A DNA stretch of 64,000 bases from positions 121,830,001 through 121,894,000 of the forward strand of contig OZ024741.1 of NCBI GenBank assembly GCA_964016885.1, given 5' to 3'. Shown piece after piece: positions 24,797 through 37,984 of the stretch. The notes below the pieces were generated by a model. That model did no database searches. It saw nothing but the letters and a program-made list of their open reading frames with translations, and was not told the origin of the DNA. A program made the position numbers and the translations under genes. The stretch comes from Eledone cirrhosa (lineage: Eukaryota). The first letter of the stretch is position 1; each line of letters begins with the position of its first letter.

Positions 24797-27346
24797 TATT
24801 CTGATTTTATAATTTCACAAATTTTTACCAATAGAGAGAGAGTCAGTTTCTAACATAGTTACGAGACTTTCTCATTGGAATTTACACAACATTAACTAGG
24901 TAGTTATGTATGCATTTTTGTATGTATGCGTGTGTAGATATGGATGTTATTGTATGTGTGGCTGTGTATGTTTTTAGTTACATGTGTGCACGTGTATATG
25001 CTTTGTATCTGTACATGTGTATATTGCAGTTATTAGATGCAAAATATTTGGAATGTTTTTCATATTTTTACTGTTCCATTAATGGATTGTACTTGTAATT
25101 TCCTAACTAGTTGTATTATTTCTGTTCCTGTGAAGCCTAGCTTCTCAAGATTTGTATTGAGGCAGTTACTAACATATCCCAGTGCCCCAATAATCACAGG
25201 CATAAATCTGAAGGTATAATCAGGGTGGAGTATCTGCAGATTTCTCATCAGTTCTGCATAAATATTCTCCTTTTCACTAATCTTTGATATTATATTGGCA
25301 TCTGTTGAGCAGCTAACTTCCACTACTGAGCATGCCTTCTTTTACCTGTTCCATATAATAATATCTGGTCTGTTATGCCTGCATTTTATTGGGGTTTTTA
25401 CTGGAACATTCCACCAGTTCTCTTTCATATTATGTATATGTATGTCTTCCACATTGCTGTAGCTTTTAATGTGTTTAATATCGGGGCTATCTTTTCTACG
25501 GATTGCATTGTACAGTGTTTTGGCCACTACATCATGCCTCATAGGTAGATAGTACCGCGATGATATCTTTGGACAGCTGCTTATGACATGGGTGACATCT
25601 TTGATGTTAATTCTGTAGAGTCTGCATTTATCACATCTAGGTGTTTTGCCTGGATCGCTATCTGTTTTGTGAATAAGGTATTTCGTGTTGATTTCCTGTT
25701 CTTGGATTGCAAAACGTATCCTTCAGAGTGGGAGCCAATATAGCGGTTGCTGGTCCAAGATAGGCTACTTTCCTTATCTATATTACTCTCACTCTGGAGC
25801 CTCCTGGCAACATATCCATGCATGATTTTTTGCTGAAAAAGCATGCAGTTTTACATCCATGGAATCACTGCGAATCGCTGGGTGTTAGTTTTTGATTATC
25901 ACACGGAATATCTCTCGAGGAGTTCCTTCCCAACTTCCATGATCTCATCTGTTTCATGCAGAAAGACTTGCTCGAGAGACGGACTCTTACGCTTTGAGGT
26001 TCGTAAATGTTGTCGGAGGGATATGATGCGACATTCAAATGCTGGCTGGACTGATGTTAGGCCTCTGCCTCCCTGCTTACGTTTCAAGTAAAGGCGATCT
26101 ATGTCACTGTTGATGTGGAAGTTTCCGGTGTTTTTTAGTATTTTTCGAGTTCTAACATCAATTGCTCGGATTTCGTCTATCGTCCAATTTAGTATTCCAA
26201 ACGTTGGTGTTAGGACAGGCGCAGCAAACACATTGTGAACCACTGTTTTGTTTTGCGCAGAGAGTTCCGATGAGAAAATCTTTCTTAATCGGGTGTAGTA
26301 TTCCCTGGTTACGCGTTCCTTATTACAAATACCATTATAGGATATGTTCTCATCTATCCCCAGGTATCTGTAGCAGTCCTCATCAGATATCGGTGAAACA
26401 GTTAGGCCATTGATGACAATGTTGCTAGATTGGGTTGTCTTCTTGGATCCTGTATTGGTTGTGAAAATGTCAACCATTCTGGTATAAGCGTATCTCCCTT
26501 AAGAACTTGTCGGTAGAGGTCAGTAAGATACCTCCGATAGAATATTAGTTTCTTGTACCAGTACCATGTCTCTTCCAGGTGTTTTCTTATCTTGGAGTTT
26601 TTCTATCACAGTCTCAAGGGTACCCTCACTTATTTCGTATATTTTTATTGTAGTGTAGGAGCAATAGTTCTTTCGGATTTCTTTTAGCCACACTGCATCT
26701 TGGTTGAAATTCTTCTTTTCACCCCATATTTTGCTCCAAAAGGAATCTATGTCTTTCTGGGATGGGGCCTCAGCGACACTTATTATTTTGCCCTTCATAT
26801 CTCTATAGACTGATGTTTGGTTTCGTCTGAATCTTTTATTGAGCACTTTTCTCTCATCTACCTTCTTCAGGTATCGGCGTTTTTCGCTAAAAGCTCTCAA
26901 TTCTTGTTTGAGGGTGATCAGCTTATATTGAAGAGTTCTGGTTCTACTGTTACCAAACATCGTCTCTATTTTATTTTTCCCTGTTTGTTGGTGAGGAGTG
27001 AGGTTTTTTGTGTTTGTTTGCATCTAAGGAGCATTGTCACATATCCTATGGTTTTTCGTAGGTCAGCAATCTTTTTTCTATTTTAGTTATATATGATGGT
27101 ATTTTTGGTGGTGTTTTGTTCTTCTTAATATCTCTGCTATCACCAAGATAATGCTTCACTGTCGTTTCTAAGGCATATAAACAGGCGTTGATTTGCCAAA
27201 ATGTTGGGGTTTTTATCCGTCGTAAATATTCATCCCCTATTTCGTCAATAACACGTAATGTTTCATTATTTGTTTTTTTTTTTTAATATTGTCGTTTTAA
27301 TACGTTCAGCAAGAGAGATATTCATACATGAATTAATTTCTCTCTG
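24797..27346 (-). mobile_element. R4/Dong-like RLE LINE in (TATG)n
   Basis: YRYLGI, RLYLKRKQGGRGL, RHDVVAK, HNRPDIII, VEVSC and PVIIGALG motifs; (TATG)n on both sides. Confidence 0.9.
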
Positions 27347-28679
27347 GTATGTATGTATGTATGTATGTATGTATGTATGTATGTATGTATGTATGTATGT
27401 ATGTATGTATGTATGTATGTATGTATGTATGTATGTATATGTCAGGTCACCAGTTGGTGCTACTGGTAACATGTATCCCAGTACAACCTGTCTCATGGTC
27501 GGGTCGTTGGCGACTAAACTGGCAACCCCACCAAGGTTTCTTGGTGAGGAGGGTGACTTTGGATATCCTGCAGGACTAAAAAAAAAACCTGTCAAAGGAC
27601 AAAGGAGCTCTTAAGAGTCAATGGCCATCCAAAATCACCGGGAGAGATGACCCCTTAGCATTTAGGTAGGGGTTCTCCTACATGGATATAAAGTAGTGGC
27701 CGTACTCGAAAACGAGTTGGCAGCCACCATGTATGTATGTATGTATGTATGTATGTATGTATGTATGTATGTATGTATGTATGTGCACAGTTTTACCTCA
27801 CTTTAAAAAATATCTTCACGCACAGGCATTGCATGATAGAATTAATTAATTAATTATTAATAATGGTATATCGTGCAATGGCCATACTCGATAACGAGGG
27901 GGCAGCCATCATGTATGTCGGGTCACTCTTGAGTGCTACTGGTAACATGTAACCCAGTACAACGGTTGGGTCGTCGGCGACTAAACCGGCAACCCCACCA
28001 AGTTTACTTGAGAAAGGGCGGAAGAACTCATAAGAGTCAACGGCCATCCAAAAGTGTGTAAATATGTATATACACATGTACATGTGTATGTATATGTATA
28101 TATACATGGGTGCATGTGTATGTATATGCGCGGGGACATAGAAAAAGTCGGGCTGGACACCCGATCGCACGGTTAACCCACTGGGAGTGAAGGAGCCCTA
28201 GCCTTTGTCAGGGCATTCTCCTAGGAGAAGGCAACTCAGGAAACTGGGATAACTCCGATATAAAACCTGCGGCTCAGTAGTTATCGATGATGTTGATCTT
28301 TTCTTCTTTTCGGGTTATAGCTACTGTCGCCCAGGGAGTGGGATTGGCTCAGTGCACAGTCTTTCCTCACTTTAAAAAATATCTTCACGCACAGGCATTG
28401 CACGATAGAATTAATTAAGAATTATTAATAATGGTATAACGTGCAATGGCCATACTTGATAACGAAGGGGCAGCCATCATGTATGTATGTATGTATGTAT
28501 GTATGTATGTATGTATGTATGTATGTATGTATGCATGTATGTATGTATGTGCACAGTTTTTCCTCACTTTAAAAAATATCTTCACGCATAGCATTGCACG
28601 ATAGAATTAATTAATAATTATTAATAATGGTATATCGTGCAATGGCCATACTCGATAACGAGGGGGCAGCCTTCATCAT

Positions 28680-31600
28680 GTATGTATGTAGATATGTATG
28701 CATGTCTACATGCATGTGTGTGCAGGTATGGATGTTATTGTATGTGTGGATGTGGATGTTTTGAGTTGCATGTGCATATGCTTTGTATCTGTACAAGTGT
28801 ATATGCAGTTATTAGATGCAGAACATTTGGAATGTTTTACATATATTTACTGTTCCATTAATGGATTATAATTTCATAACAAGCCGTTTTCTTTCTGTTT
28901 CTGTGAAGCCTAACTTCTCAAGATTTGTACTGAAGCAGTTACTAACATTTCCCAGTGCCCCAATAATCACAGGTATAAATCTGAAGGTATAGTCAGTGTG
29001 GACTATCTGCAGATTTCGCATTAGTTCTGCATAGATATTCTCCTTTTCGCTCATTTTTAATATTATATTGGCATCTGCTGGGCAGCTAACTTCCACTATT
29101 CTGCAGACCATCTTTTCCCTGTCCCATATTATATCTGGTCTGTTATGCCTGCCTTTTATTGTTTTGTTTTTTACTGGAACATTCCAGCAGTACTCTTTCA
29201 TATTATGTATGTATATGTCTTCCACATTGCTGTAGCTTTTAATGTTTATTGTCGGGGTTATCTTTAATACGGATTGCATTGTACAATGTTTTGACCACTA
29301 CATCATGCCTCATAGGCAGATAGTACCGTGATGGCATCTTTGGACAGCTGCTTATGACATGGGTGACCACTTCAATTATAATTCTGTAGTGCCTGCATTT
29401 GTTCTCGCATCTAGGTGTTTTGTCTGCATCCCTATCTCTTTTGTGAATCAGGTATTTCGTGTTAATTTTCTGTTGGATTGCAAAAGCATAACCTTCATAG
29501 TTGGAGCCAATATAGCGGTTGTTGGTCTACTTTACTTATCTATATTATTCTCATTCTGGAGCTTCCTGGCAACATATCCATACATGACATTTTGCTGATA
29601 AGCATGCGGTACTGCTGGGCAATTTCCCTGGGTGTGAGATTTTGATTATCATACATGGAGTACCTTTCAAGAAGTTCCTTCTAACTCTCACAATCTTATC
29701 TGTCTCATTGAGATAGACTTGCTCAATAGATGGGCTCCTACGTAAATGTTGTCGGAGGGATATAATGCGACATTCAAATGCTGTCTGTACTGATGTTAAG
29801 CCTCTGCCTCCCTGCTTGCGTTTCAAGTAGAAGCGGTCCATGACACTGTTGATGTGGAAGCTTCCGGTGTAGTTTAGAATTTTTCGAGATTTAACATCAA
29901 TTGCTCGCATTTTGTCTATCGTCCAATCGAGTATTCCAAACGTTGGTGTTAGGACAGGCGCAGCAAACACATTGTGAGCCACTGTTTTATTGTGCGCAGA
30001 GAGTTCCTATGGCCATATATTTCTTAATCGGGTGTAATATTCCCTGGTTACGCATTCCTTATTACAAATACCATTATAGGATATATTCTCCTCCATCGCC
30101 AGGTATCTGTAGCAGTCCTCGTCAGACATCGGTGAAACAGTTAGGCCATTGATAAAAATGGTGTTAGATTGGGTTGTAGTTTTTGCTCGTTTTACATCAT
30201 ATATGAACATTTATCTTGGCCAAACTCCATTCCTATATCCTTTGAGAATGTTGTAACCAGGTCAAGACTCTTTTTTATCCCATTTATGCTCTTGGCATAG
30301 AGTTTCAGGTCATCCACAAGTTAAGTTCGTATTTCTGTCCTCCTGTGAGCCGATGATGTATCCTTTGCATTTCTTGAGCAGAAAGGGTTTAATGACAGGA
30401 TAAATAGTATGACAGAGAGAGACTGTCTCCTTGAAATATACCCCTATGATGTTCTATTTTATCAGTTAAAATAGAGTCCTCCTTCTTCATTGGCTACTAT
30501 CCTAAAATTAAAAACAGCTTCTCTATGGCTCTGATAATAATATAGGGGACTTTAGCAGGTCGGAGGGCCTCTACTATCCAAGAGTGTGGAACAGAATTAA
30601 ATGCTTTTCTATAGTCCAGCCAGACTGTAGCCATATTCCTCCTAAGTTGTCGCACCTCCGACATCACTGTTTTGTTAATTAGGAGTTGTTAAGCACGCAC
30701 CCCCCTCCGCAACACCATTCTTTCCAGCTGTTTGTTCATCTGTGATGATGATATTATTTCCAGTGATCTTGGAGAAATATATTCAGGCAGGTTGTATACA
30801 TCTTATACATCAGGTTCTGGCATGCAATGGGTCGGTAGTTTGTGGCCAAGTGAGTGTCTTTCTTCTTGGATCCTGTATTGTTTGTGCTAATGTCAACCAT
30901 TCTAGTATATCTGTCTCCCTTGAGAGCTTGTTGGTAGAGGTCGATAAGATATATCCGATACAATATCAGTTTTTTGTAGCAGTAGCCGACAATCAAGTCT
31001 CTTCCTGGTGTTTTCTTATTTTGGAGTTTTCCTATCACAGTCTCAAGGGTGTCCTCATTTATTTCGTATGTTTTGTTGTAGTGTAGGGGCAATAGTTCTT
31101 TTGGATTTCTTTTAGCCACACTTCGTCTTGGTTGAAATTCTACTTTTCACCCCATATTTTTCTCCAGAAGAAATCTATCTCTTTCTGGGATCGGGCCTCA
31201 GTAACATTTATTACTTTGCTCTTCATACCTCTATAGCCTGATGTTTGGTTTCGTCTGAATCTTTTATTAAGAACTTTTCTTTCATCTACCCTTTTTAGGT
31301 ATCGACGTTTCTCGCTGACAGCCCTCAATTCTTGTTTGAGGGTGATCAGCTTATATTGAAGAGTTCTGGTTCTACTATTACCAAACATCGTCTCTATTTT
31401 ATTTTTCACTCTTTGTTGGGGAGGAGTGAGGTTTTTTGTGTTTGTTTGCATCTAACGAGCATTGTCACATATCTTATGGTTTTTCGTAGGTCAGCAATTT
31501 TTTCTATTTTAGTTATATATGGTGGTGTTTTGGTGGTGTTTTGTTCTTCTTAATATCTCTGCTATCACCAAGATAACGCTTCAATGTCGTTGCTAGGGCA

Positions 31601-32345
31601 TATAAACAGGCGTTGATTGGCCAAAATATGAGGGTTTTAATTCGTCGTAAATATTCATACCCCATTTCGTCAAAATCACGTAAGATTTCATTATTTGGTT
31701 ATATTTTATTTAGTATTGTTGTTTTATGACGTTCAGCGAGAAAAAATGTTTATACATTAATTAATTTCTCTCTGGAAGATTTCGATGGGGGAAAATTTCA
31801 ATTATTTATACTTTTGATTATTATTATCAATAGTATTTTCCACAAAAGTCGAGGCAGGCACAGATGGTACACATGGTGTCAAATTTTTTCGTGGCATATT
31901 TGTTTCAAGGGACTGTTCGACGTGGCTGCTAGAAAGTCTAGTAGCATGGCGATCTGTAGCACGTGGTGTTGATTCCATGTTTGTTCTGAGGGACTTACGA
32001 TTAATAATATTTATCGTATTTTTACGTTCAACAAACGTCGCTTGTTGGCGTAATTGTTTGGCTTGGACATTATTTAGCTCTGGATGCATTTCGTCCCCGT
32101 ATAGCTTAATTCTGTTCATATAGCCAACAGAAGGATTTTGTTTTTGCCATTTTATAACAATTATATAAATCATCATTAAGTTCGTAACGCCAAGCAAAAT
32201 GCGATTTATAATTTCAGTTTCTTCTGTAGCTACTACTAAAACAAATTTCTTTACATTTCTCGTTGCTTTTCTTCGGTAAATTGTTTTTGTTTCTTGTGTT
32301 CGGTAAATTGTTGTTGTTGATGTTATGTCCAGCCGTGTTGTATGT
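28680..32345 (-). mobile_element. R4/Dong-like RLE LINE, near full length, degenerate
   Basis: Same family as 24797-27346, plus RT N-half (KTPGRD, NYRPIAC, WLDYRKAF) and N-terminal region. Confidence 0.9.
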
Positions 32346-32360
32346 TTGTACAGTATGAAT

Positions 32361-32503
<143 letters not shown>

Positions 32504-32590
32504 TATGTATGTATGTATGTGTGTCATACGCACACGCACACCCACATATATATGTATATACTGTATATCGATATAGTTTCTTCATTGCAG

Positions 32591-32730
32591 GCCAAACAAT
32601 TTCATCTACCGATACATCTGATTTTATTTTCAATCCTTCTGCATGTCCGCACGATACAAATACGGTCTTTCTTGGTACAATGAGTGACACAGAGGATGGA
32701 GTATCTGAGAAAGTAAGCATAAATTCTTTT
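32591..32730 (+). CDS. Host gene exon B2 (module copy 2)
   Basis: ttcattgcag| ... |gtatgt; (G)[46 protein letters not shown]. Phase 1 to 0; differs in length from B1 by exactly one codon. Confidence 0.75.
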
Positions 32731-33184
32731 GTATGTACAGTTTTGTATTAATTGGTAAAAAAGACACAATTAGAAAATGGGTTCAAACAAGTGAACAGCA
32801 TGAGAGATGGAAACAAAGTAAGCAAATTAAAAAAAACTAAACACGTGGTTCACATAAAATGCAAACAATATGTGTATAGTGAAAATATTTAAAGTGAAAA
32901 TATCAAGCAGCTGATTTAGAGTCCAGACTGTTCTGAAACTGTTTTTGTTCTGTAGGAGCCCCAGCGAGTATCGCTGGCTATTTTCTGCCGGAATGCTTTA
33001 TCGGTCTTGTCCACGAGGCGCAGTCCCAATACCGCCACGCCCAAGGCCTAGAGCCCATCACCCCCATTCCTCTCCCATTTTTCTAGATCCCTTGCCTTTC
33101 ACTAACTTTACCGTTTTCATAACCATAGAAGGCACTTGCATTTTTTATAATAAAACATTTATAAAGTTCTTATTTTATTTAATA

Positions 33185-34080
33185 CTAGCAGTAAAGCCCG
33201 GCGTTGCTCAGGGTCGCTCAGTAGCTGTGTTAAAGTTACAATGTTAAGTTTCTTTCTTGGCTTAAAAACTGTAGTGTCTACTGTGCAGACTTGCATGTGG
33301 TGTTTTTGATTAATATTCCCTCAACCAACAATATGCCTTATGAAGTTAAGAAAACATAACGATAACCCGAATGTTATAACAAAAGAGGATGCTGGGGATA
33401 GAAACTGCACTGGTTATTTATTAACAAAGATCGAAAATGTAAACACTGCAACGCAGAGAAAAACATTAGCGTAACCAAATTATCAGTTATGTCTGTCTGC
33501 ACGCCTATATCACCTCTCTGCACGACTGTCTGTCTGCACGCCTATATCACCTCTCTGCACGACTGTCTGTCTGCACGCCTATATCACCTCTCTGCACGAC
33601 TGTCTGTCTGCACGCGTATATCACCTCTCTGCACGACTATCTGTCTGCACGCCTAACGACGAAATATTTGCTTGTTTTACGTAGTCTTTAAATAGGCTTG
33701 TTTTCAAGTAAAAATATTGTTTTAAAATGCTTTTAAATGGAAATGAAGAAAAACGGAAGCTTAGTGTTCGAACTGATGAATTTTGCAGGTCAATATTTTG
33801 CTGGCTCGACAACTGTTAAAGCCAGCGTAATTTTTTACGTAAGACGCTCAATGTAAACAGAACAAAGGGAAATAACTGATCACTTACGCTCAAAAATCGA
33901 TACATTATATTCGATTTCCTCACATAGGGTGGGTCAATTTGAAATTTTTTTTCCGATGTCTTCGCTAGGGCTCAATGTACAAGTATAGCAATTTCGGTGC
34001 AATTCCGTGAGAGATTCTAAGAGGAGATGTGTGCCAAAAATCGATAGACAGACAGACAACCACAGTTTTATATATATAGA
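33185..34080 (-). mobile_element. Non-autonomous Helitron
   Basis: Minus strand TCTATATATA.. start and GCAACGCCGGGC..CTAG end, inserted between A and T without TSD; absent from the paralogous site ~18540. Contains a 37-bp tandem repeat at 33490-33656. Confidence 0.85.
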
Positions 34081-34108
34081 TATTAGTGGAGCCATGTTGT
34101 CAATAATT

Positions 34109-34293
34109 GTTTCTACTATTGGCACAAGGCCAGCAAATTATCCAGTACATTACTGGTACTTTATTTTATCGACCCCGTAAGGATGAAAGGCGAAGGTAAC
34201 CTCGGCGGGATTTGAACTCAGAATGGAAAGGGCCGAAACTCTATGCGTCAAAGCATGGCGTCAGACCCTCTACCGATACTGCCAATTCACCGC
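34109..34293 (-). mobile_element. SINE family 2 with target-site duplication
   Basis: Flanked by the direct repeat ccatgttgtcaataat, which is single-copy at paralog ~18553. Confidence 0.9.
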
Positions 34294-34393
34294 CCATGTT
34301 GTCAATAATGATTGCAATAGCGTTGAATATATCTAACGTTACGAGTAGAACATTGATATGTCGTATAGACGAGGTCTTTTTTATATATGTGAA

Positions 34394-35585
34394 CTAGCAG
34401 CAGTACCCAGCGTTGCCTGGGTAGGTAAAATAATATCTGCTTTCATGAAAAGGTGTTGATCTTAGCGACTGCTTCTCGATGACTCATCTATGGCCACACA
34501 CAGGCCATGCGGAGGAGGTTGGTGATGACCTCTATCACTGAGAAACGCAGGTGACTGACGAAGGGGCATGCTGGGGGAGGGAGGTAATGACTTCTAACAC
34601 TAAGCCAAATTTCCTCACGCTACTTGATTGGAAACCGATGAATTCTCAAATACACAACTAAAAGCTCAGACGATGTCAGTGGCCATCGTTTTGCCTTTGA
34701 CCATCTATAAGATGTGCAATGATAGGTTCTATCGTAGTATAAAAGTTGAACCAAATACATTGATTTATGTGGGAGGTGGAGCCGAAGTTTCGAATTTGAA
34801 CGAAATCGGTTGAAAAATGTGGGAGCTATGATAGGGTCGCCGTCCCTGAACAAAAAATGCAAAGTGTAAATCTACTATAAGATGTGCAATGAAAGGTTCT
34901 ATCGTAGTATAAAAGTTGAACCAAATAAATTGATTTATGTGTGAGGTGGAGCCGAAGTTTCGAATTTGAACGAAATCGGTTGAAAAATGTGGGAGCTAGA
35001 GTCGAAAAGGTGGAAATTTGTGCGAAAAAGTGGTATTTTCGAATATTTAAGCGGCTGCCATGCTGTTCCTGAATAAACAAATCCAAAATGTAAAGCCACT
35101 TTAAGATGTGAAATAATCAGATCTAGCGTAGTGTAAAATTTGAACAAAGTAGGTTGATTAATGTGGGAGCTAGAGCCGAAAAAGTGGAAATTTGAGTCTA
35201 AAAGTGGTATTTTTGAATATTTAAGCGGCTGCCACGCCGTCCCTGAACAATAAATGCAAAATATAAAGCCATTACAGGATGTGCAATGATATATTCTATT
35301 TTGCTTTAAAATTTGAACGAAATCGGTGGCAAAATGTGGGGGTTAGAGCCAAATATCTTATTTTTCGATACCTCAAAAAAAGGTGTCACCCTATCGATTT
35401 TTATCTGCAGAATGACCCCGGAATGTAATAACGATACGCTGATATATAGAAAACACTCCCCGATGACTAATCTATGAGCCTGTACAGTTTCATGAAAATC
35501 GCTCGTAAGATGTAGGCCCCTATAGGTAATACACAGACACACATACACACACACACACACATACTTAATTTTATATATGTACAAA
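34394..35585 (-). mobile_element. Non-autonomous Helitron with internal repeats
   Basis: Minus-strand end cccaggcaacgctgggt..CTAG; internal ~170-180-bp repeats (34705-35345); absent from paralog ~18652. Confidence 0.75.
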
Positions 35586-35587
35586 TA

Positions 35588-37312
35588 CACCGTGTAACAT
35601 ATTTTTTGTTCCCCGGTTCTAAGTGTTATTTCATGGTTTGTTATATCCCATTATTATAAAAAGCACTATTATTTAATCAGAAGTTTGGGTTTGTGGTCAG
35701 GAGTTTGATATTTCGAAATTTTCATATTTTTCAAGAAAAAACACAATTAAAAAAAATTTATCAGTTCATATAATTAAATCAACAGAGTATATATTTATTT
35801 TATTACACAAGCTTATCAAAAGCAAACAAGTAAAACCAAATAACACTTATAAAGCAACTTATACACGTCAGAAATGACTGGATTTCCTGGATTTGCGGTT
35901 GTAGTCCAGGTCGCATTCCCGCACTAGCCCTCAGATATAGTCCCCATCAATTTTTCATTGTAGTGGCCCTGGTATCTTCGCTCTATCTCTTTCACATCTT
36001 GGTGGAATCGTTCACCTTGTTCTTCTGAGTAGGCGCCCATATTGTCCTTGAATTTTTCAAGGTGAGCGTCCAGCATATGGAGTTTAAGCGACATCCTGCA
36101 TCCCATGGCGCCAAAAGCCTTTATCAGATCCTGCACCAGTTGCTGGTAGTTTTCAGCTCTGTAGTTGCCAAGGAAGCCCTTAACAACTGCCTTGAAACAG
36201 TTCCATGCTGTTCTCTCAATCATATTGAGCTTATTGGAGAACTCGGTAGACTCAAACACCTTCTTTATCTGAGGTCCAACAAAAATTCCACCTTTGATTT
36301 TGGCCTCAGATAACTTGGGGGAGAACTGAAGAAGGTACTTAAAAGCGGCTGATTCTTGGTTGAGAGCCTTCACAAACTTCTTCAACCCCAACTTAATGTG
36401 CAGTGGCGGCATGAGCACAATCCTGGGATCAGCCAGTGGCTCCCACATGACGTTCCGGGTCCCAAATTCTGTTCGGTGTTCCCAATTCTTTCTTTTGTAG
36501 TGGTCAGAGGTGGCTCTGCTATCACAAAGGCAGAGGAAGCATTGGAATTTAATAAAGCTTCCTTGGATCCAAGTAAGAAAGCCACCATCTTGAAGTCTCC
36601 AATGATTTCCCAATTGTACTGGTTGAATTGCAGAGCTTCCAAGAGGACTTTCACACTGTAGTAATCTTCCTTCAGGCAGACTGAATGAGTTAGGGGCAGT
36701 GTCGGGGACTTGTTTCCATTGTGGAGGAGGACAGCCTTCAAACTTGTGGTGGAGCTGTCTATAAATAGCCGCCACTCCTTGAGCACAAAGGGCACCCCAA
36801 TAACGTCAAACACTCCAGGTACATCATGGCAGAAGCAGAGGCCATCCCTAAGAGTGTAAAAGCCTGAGAAAGGTTCGTGTCGACTTCTCTGACTTGTTAC
36901 CTGCACTTCCTCCTTGACCAAGTTACACTGCTTCATCCTGGAGACGAATGCTTAAAACACAGCTTACCCTTTATTCAGGGTGCTAAAATCCAGTATCAAT
37001 AAATCTCTTTAATCCACTTTTTAACAATTTTATACTTTATTGCACTTTTATAATTTTCTTTAGGTATTACTCTTTATTTTATAATTTTAATTTAACCTGG
37101 AACATATATAAAAAATCATTTAACATAAGCAAATTAAACTTACATACAACGTAAAATCCAGCATACAAATAATTCTAGTGAATAGCTTAGAATTTTTACA
37201 AACCCAACTTTTAACTGTTTAATAGCACTTTTTTTTTTATTTGGGACCTAAGCAACACAAAAAAGTGATTACAAGCCAAGAACAGAGAAAAAGATTTTTT
37301 TGTTACACAGTG
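35588..37312 (-). mobile_element. DNA transposon with frameshifted transposase (Chapaev3/CMC-like)
   Basis: TIRs CACCGTGTAACA / TGTTACACAGTG. Transposase motifs LFIDSS, GDFKMV, LHIKLGL, SLKLHMLDAH, SEEQGERFHQD. The superfamily call is from recalled CAC..GTG termini. Confidence 0.75.
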
Positions 37313-37578
37313 TAATCATTAAAATTCTGTAACTCTCTCGTTCTTTCTCTGACCCCGCTAAGTATGTGTACTTTTTCTTCAACCCTTATGTATATTCTCT
37401 CTGGATTTCCCCTTTACTCTCTCTTTCCTCCAGTCTTTATATCATATCAAGTTTGTCATCAAATATCTGACCAATCAGTCAACCAGCATATAGGCTTAAA
37501 AAGAAGACAATTGCATCTTATATTTTCTTCTTCCTTTGATGTGGACACAGCATGGCTCATTGGTCAAACTGTTGACTC

Positions 37579-37648
<70 letters not shown>

Positions 37649-37752
37649 TAAAATAACAGATTAAAGTTTAAGCTCTACGGTTCTTATATATTTGATATAT
37701 ATTTATCATTATCGAGCCCTCTTTGGATTTTAGTCTTCAAATTTAATATTAT

Positions 37753-37797
<45 letters not shown>

Positions 37798-37984
37798 AGA
37801 GTCGGGACCCAACTGTTATTGAAACAGCAAGAGCTCACTCATCGGGTGCCCACTCTTTATAACATACCCATACTGTACTACTCCAAATATGGAGTAATTT
37901 GCTGAGTGATGGTCCAAGTAGTTTTAAACTGGTTCTATCCTGATATATATGTGCGTGTGTGTGTGTGTGCATTATATATATTTA

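Noticed and set aside
27441-27530. HDV-like ribozyme at the 5' end of the SINE-like element (gg-gtcg..cgac-taa-actgg)
   Set aside because: P4-, J4/2- and P2-like parts are visible, but P1, P3 and P1.1 could not be folded by eye; it needs a consensus and a descriptor search.
33490-33656. 37-bp repeats resembling a CRISPR array
   Set aside because: Head-to-tail with no unique spacers, inside a eukaryotic Helitron; no cas genes.
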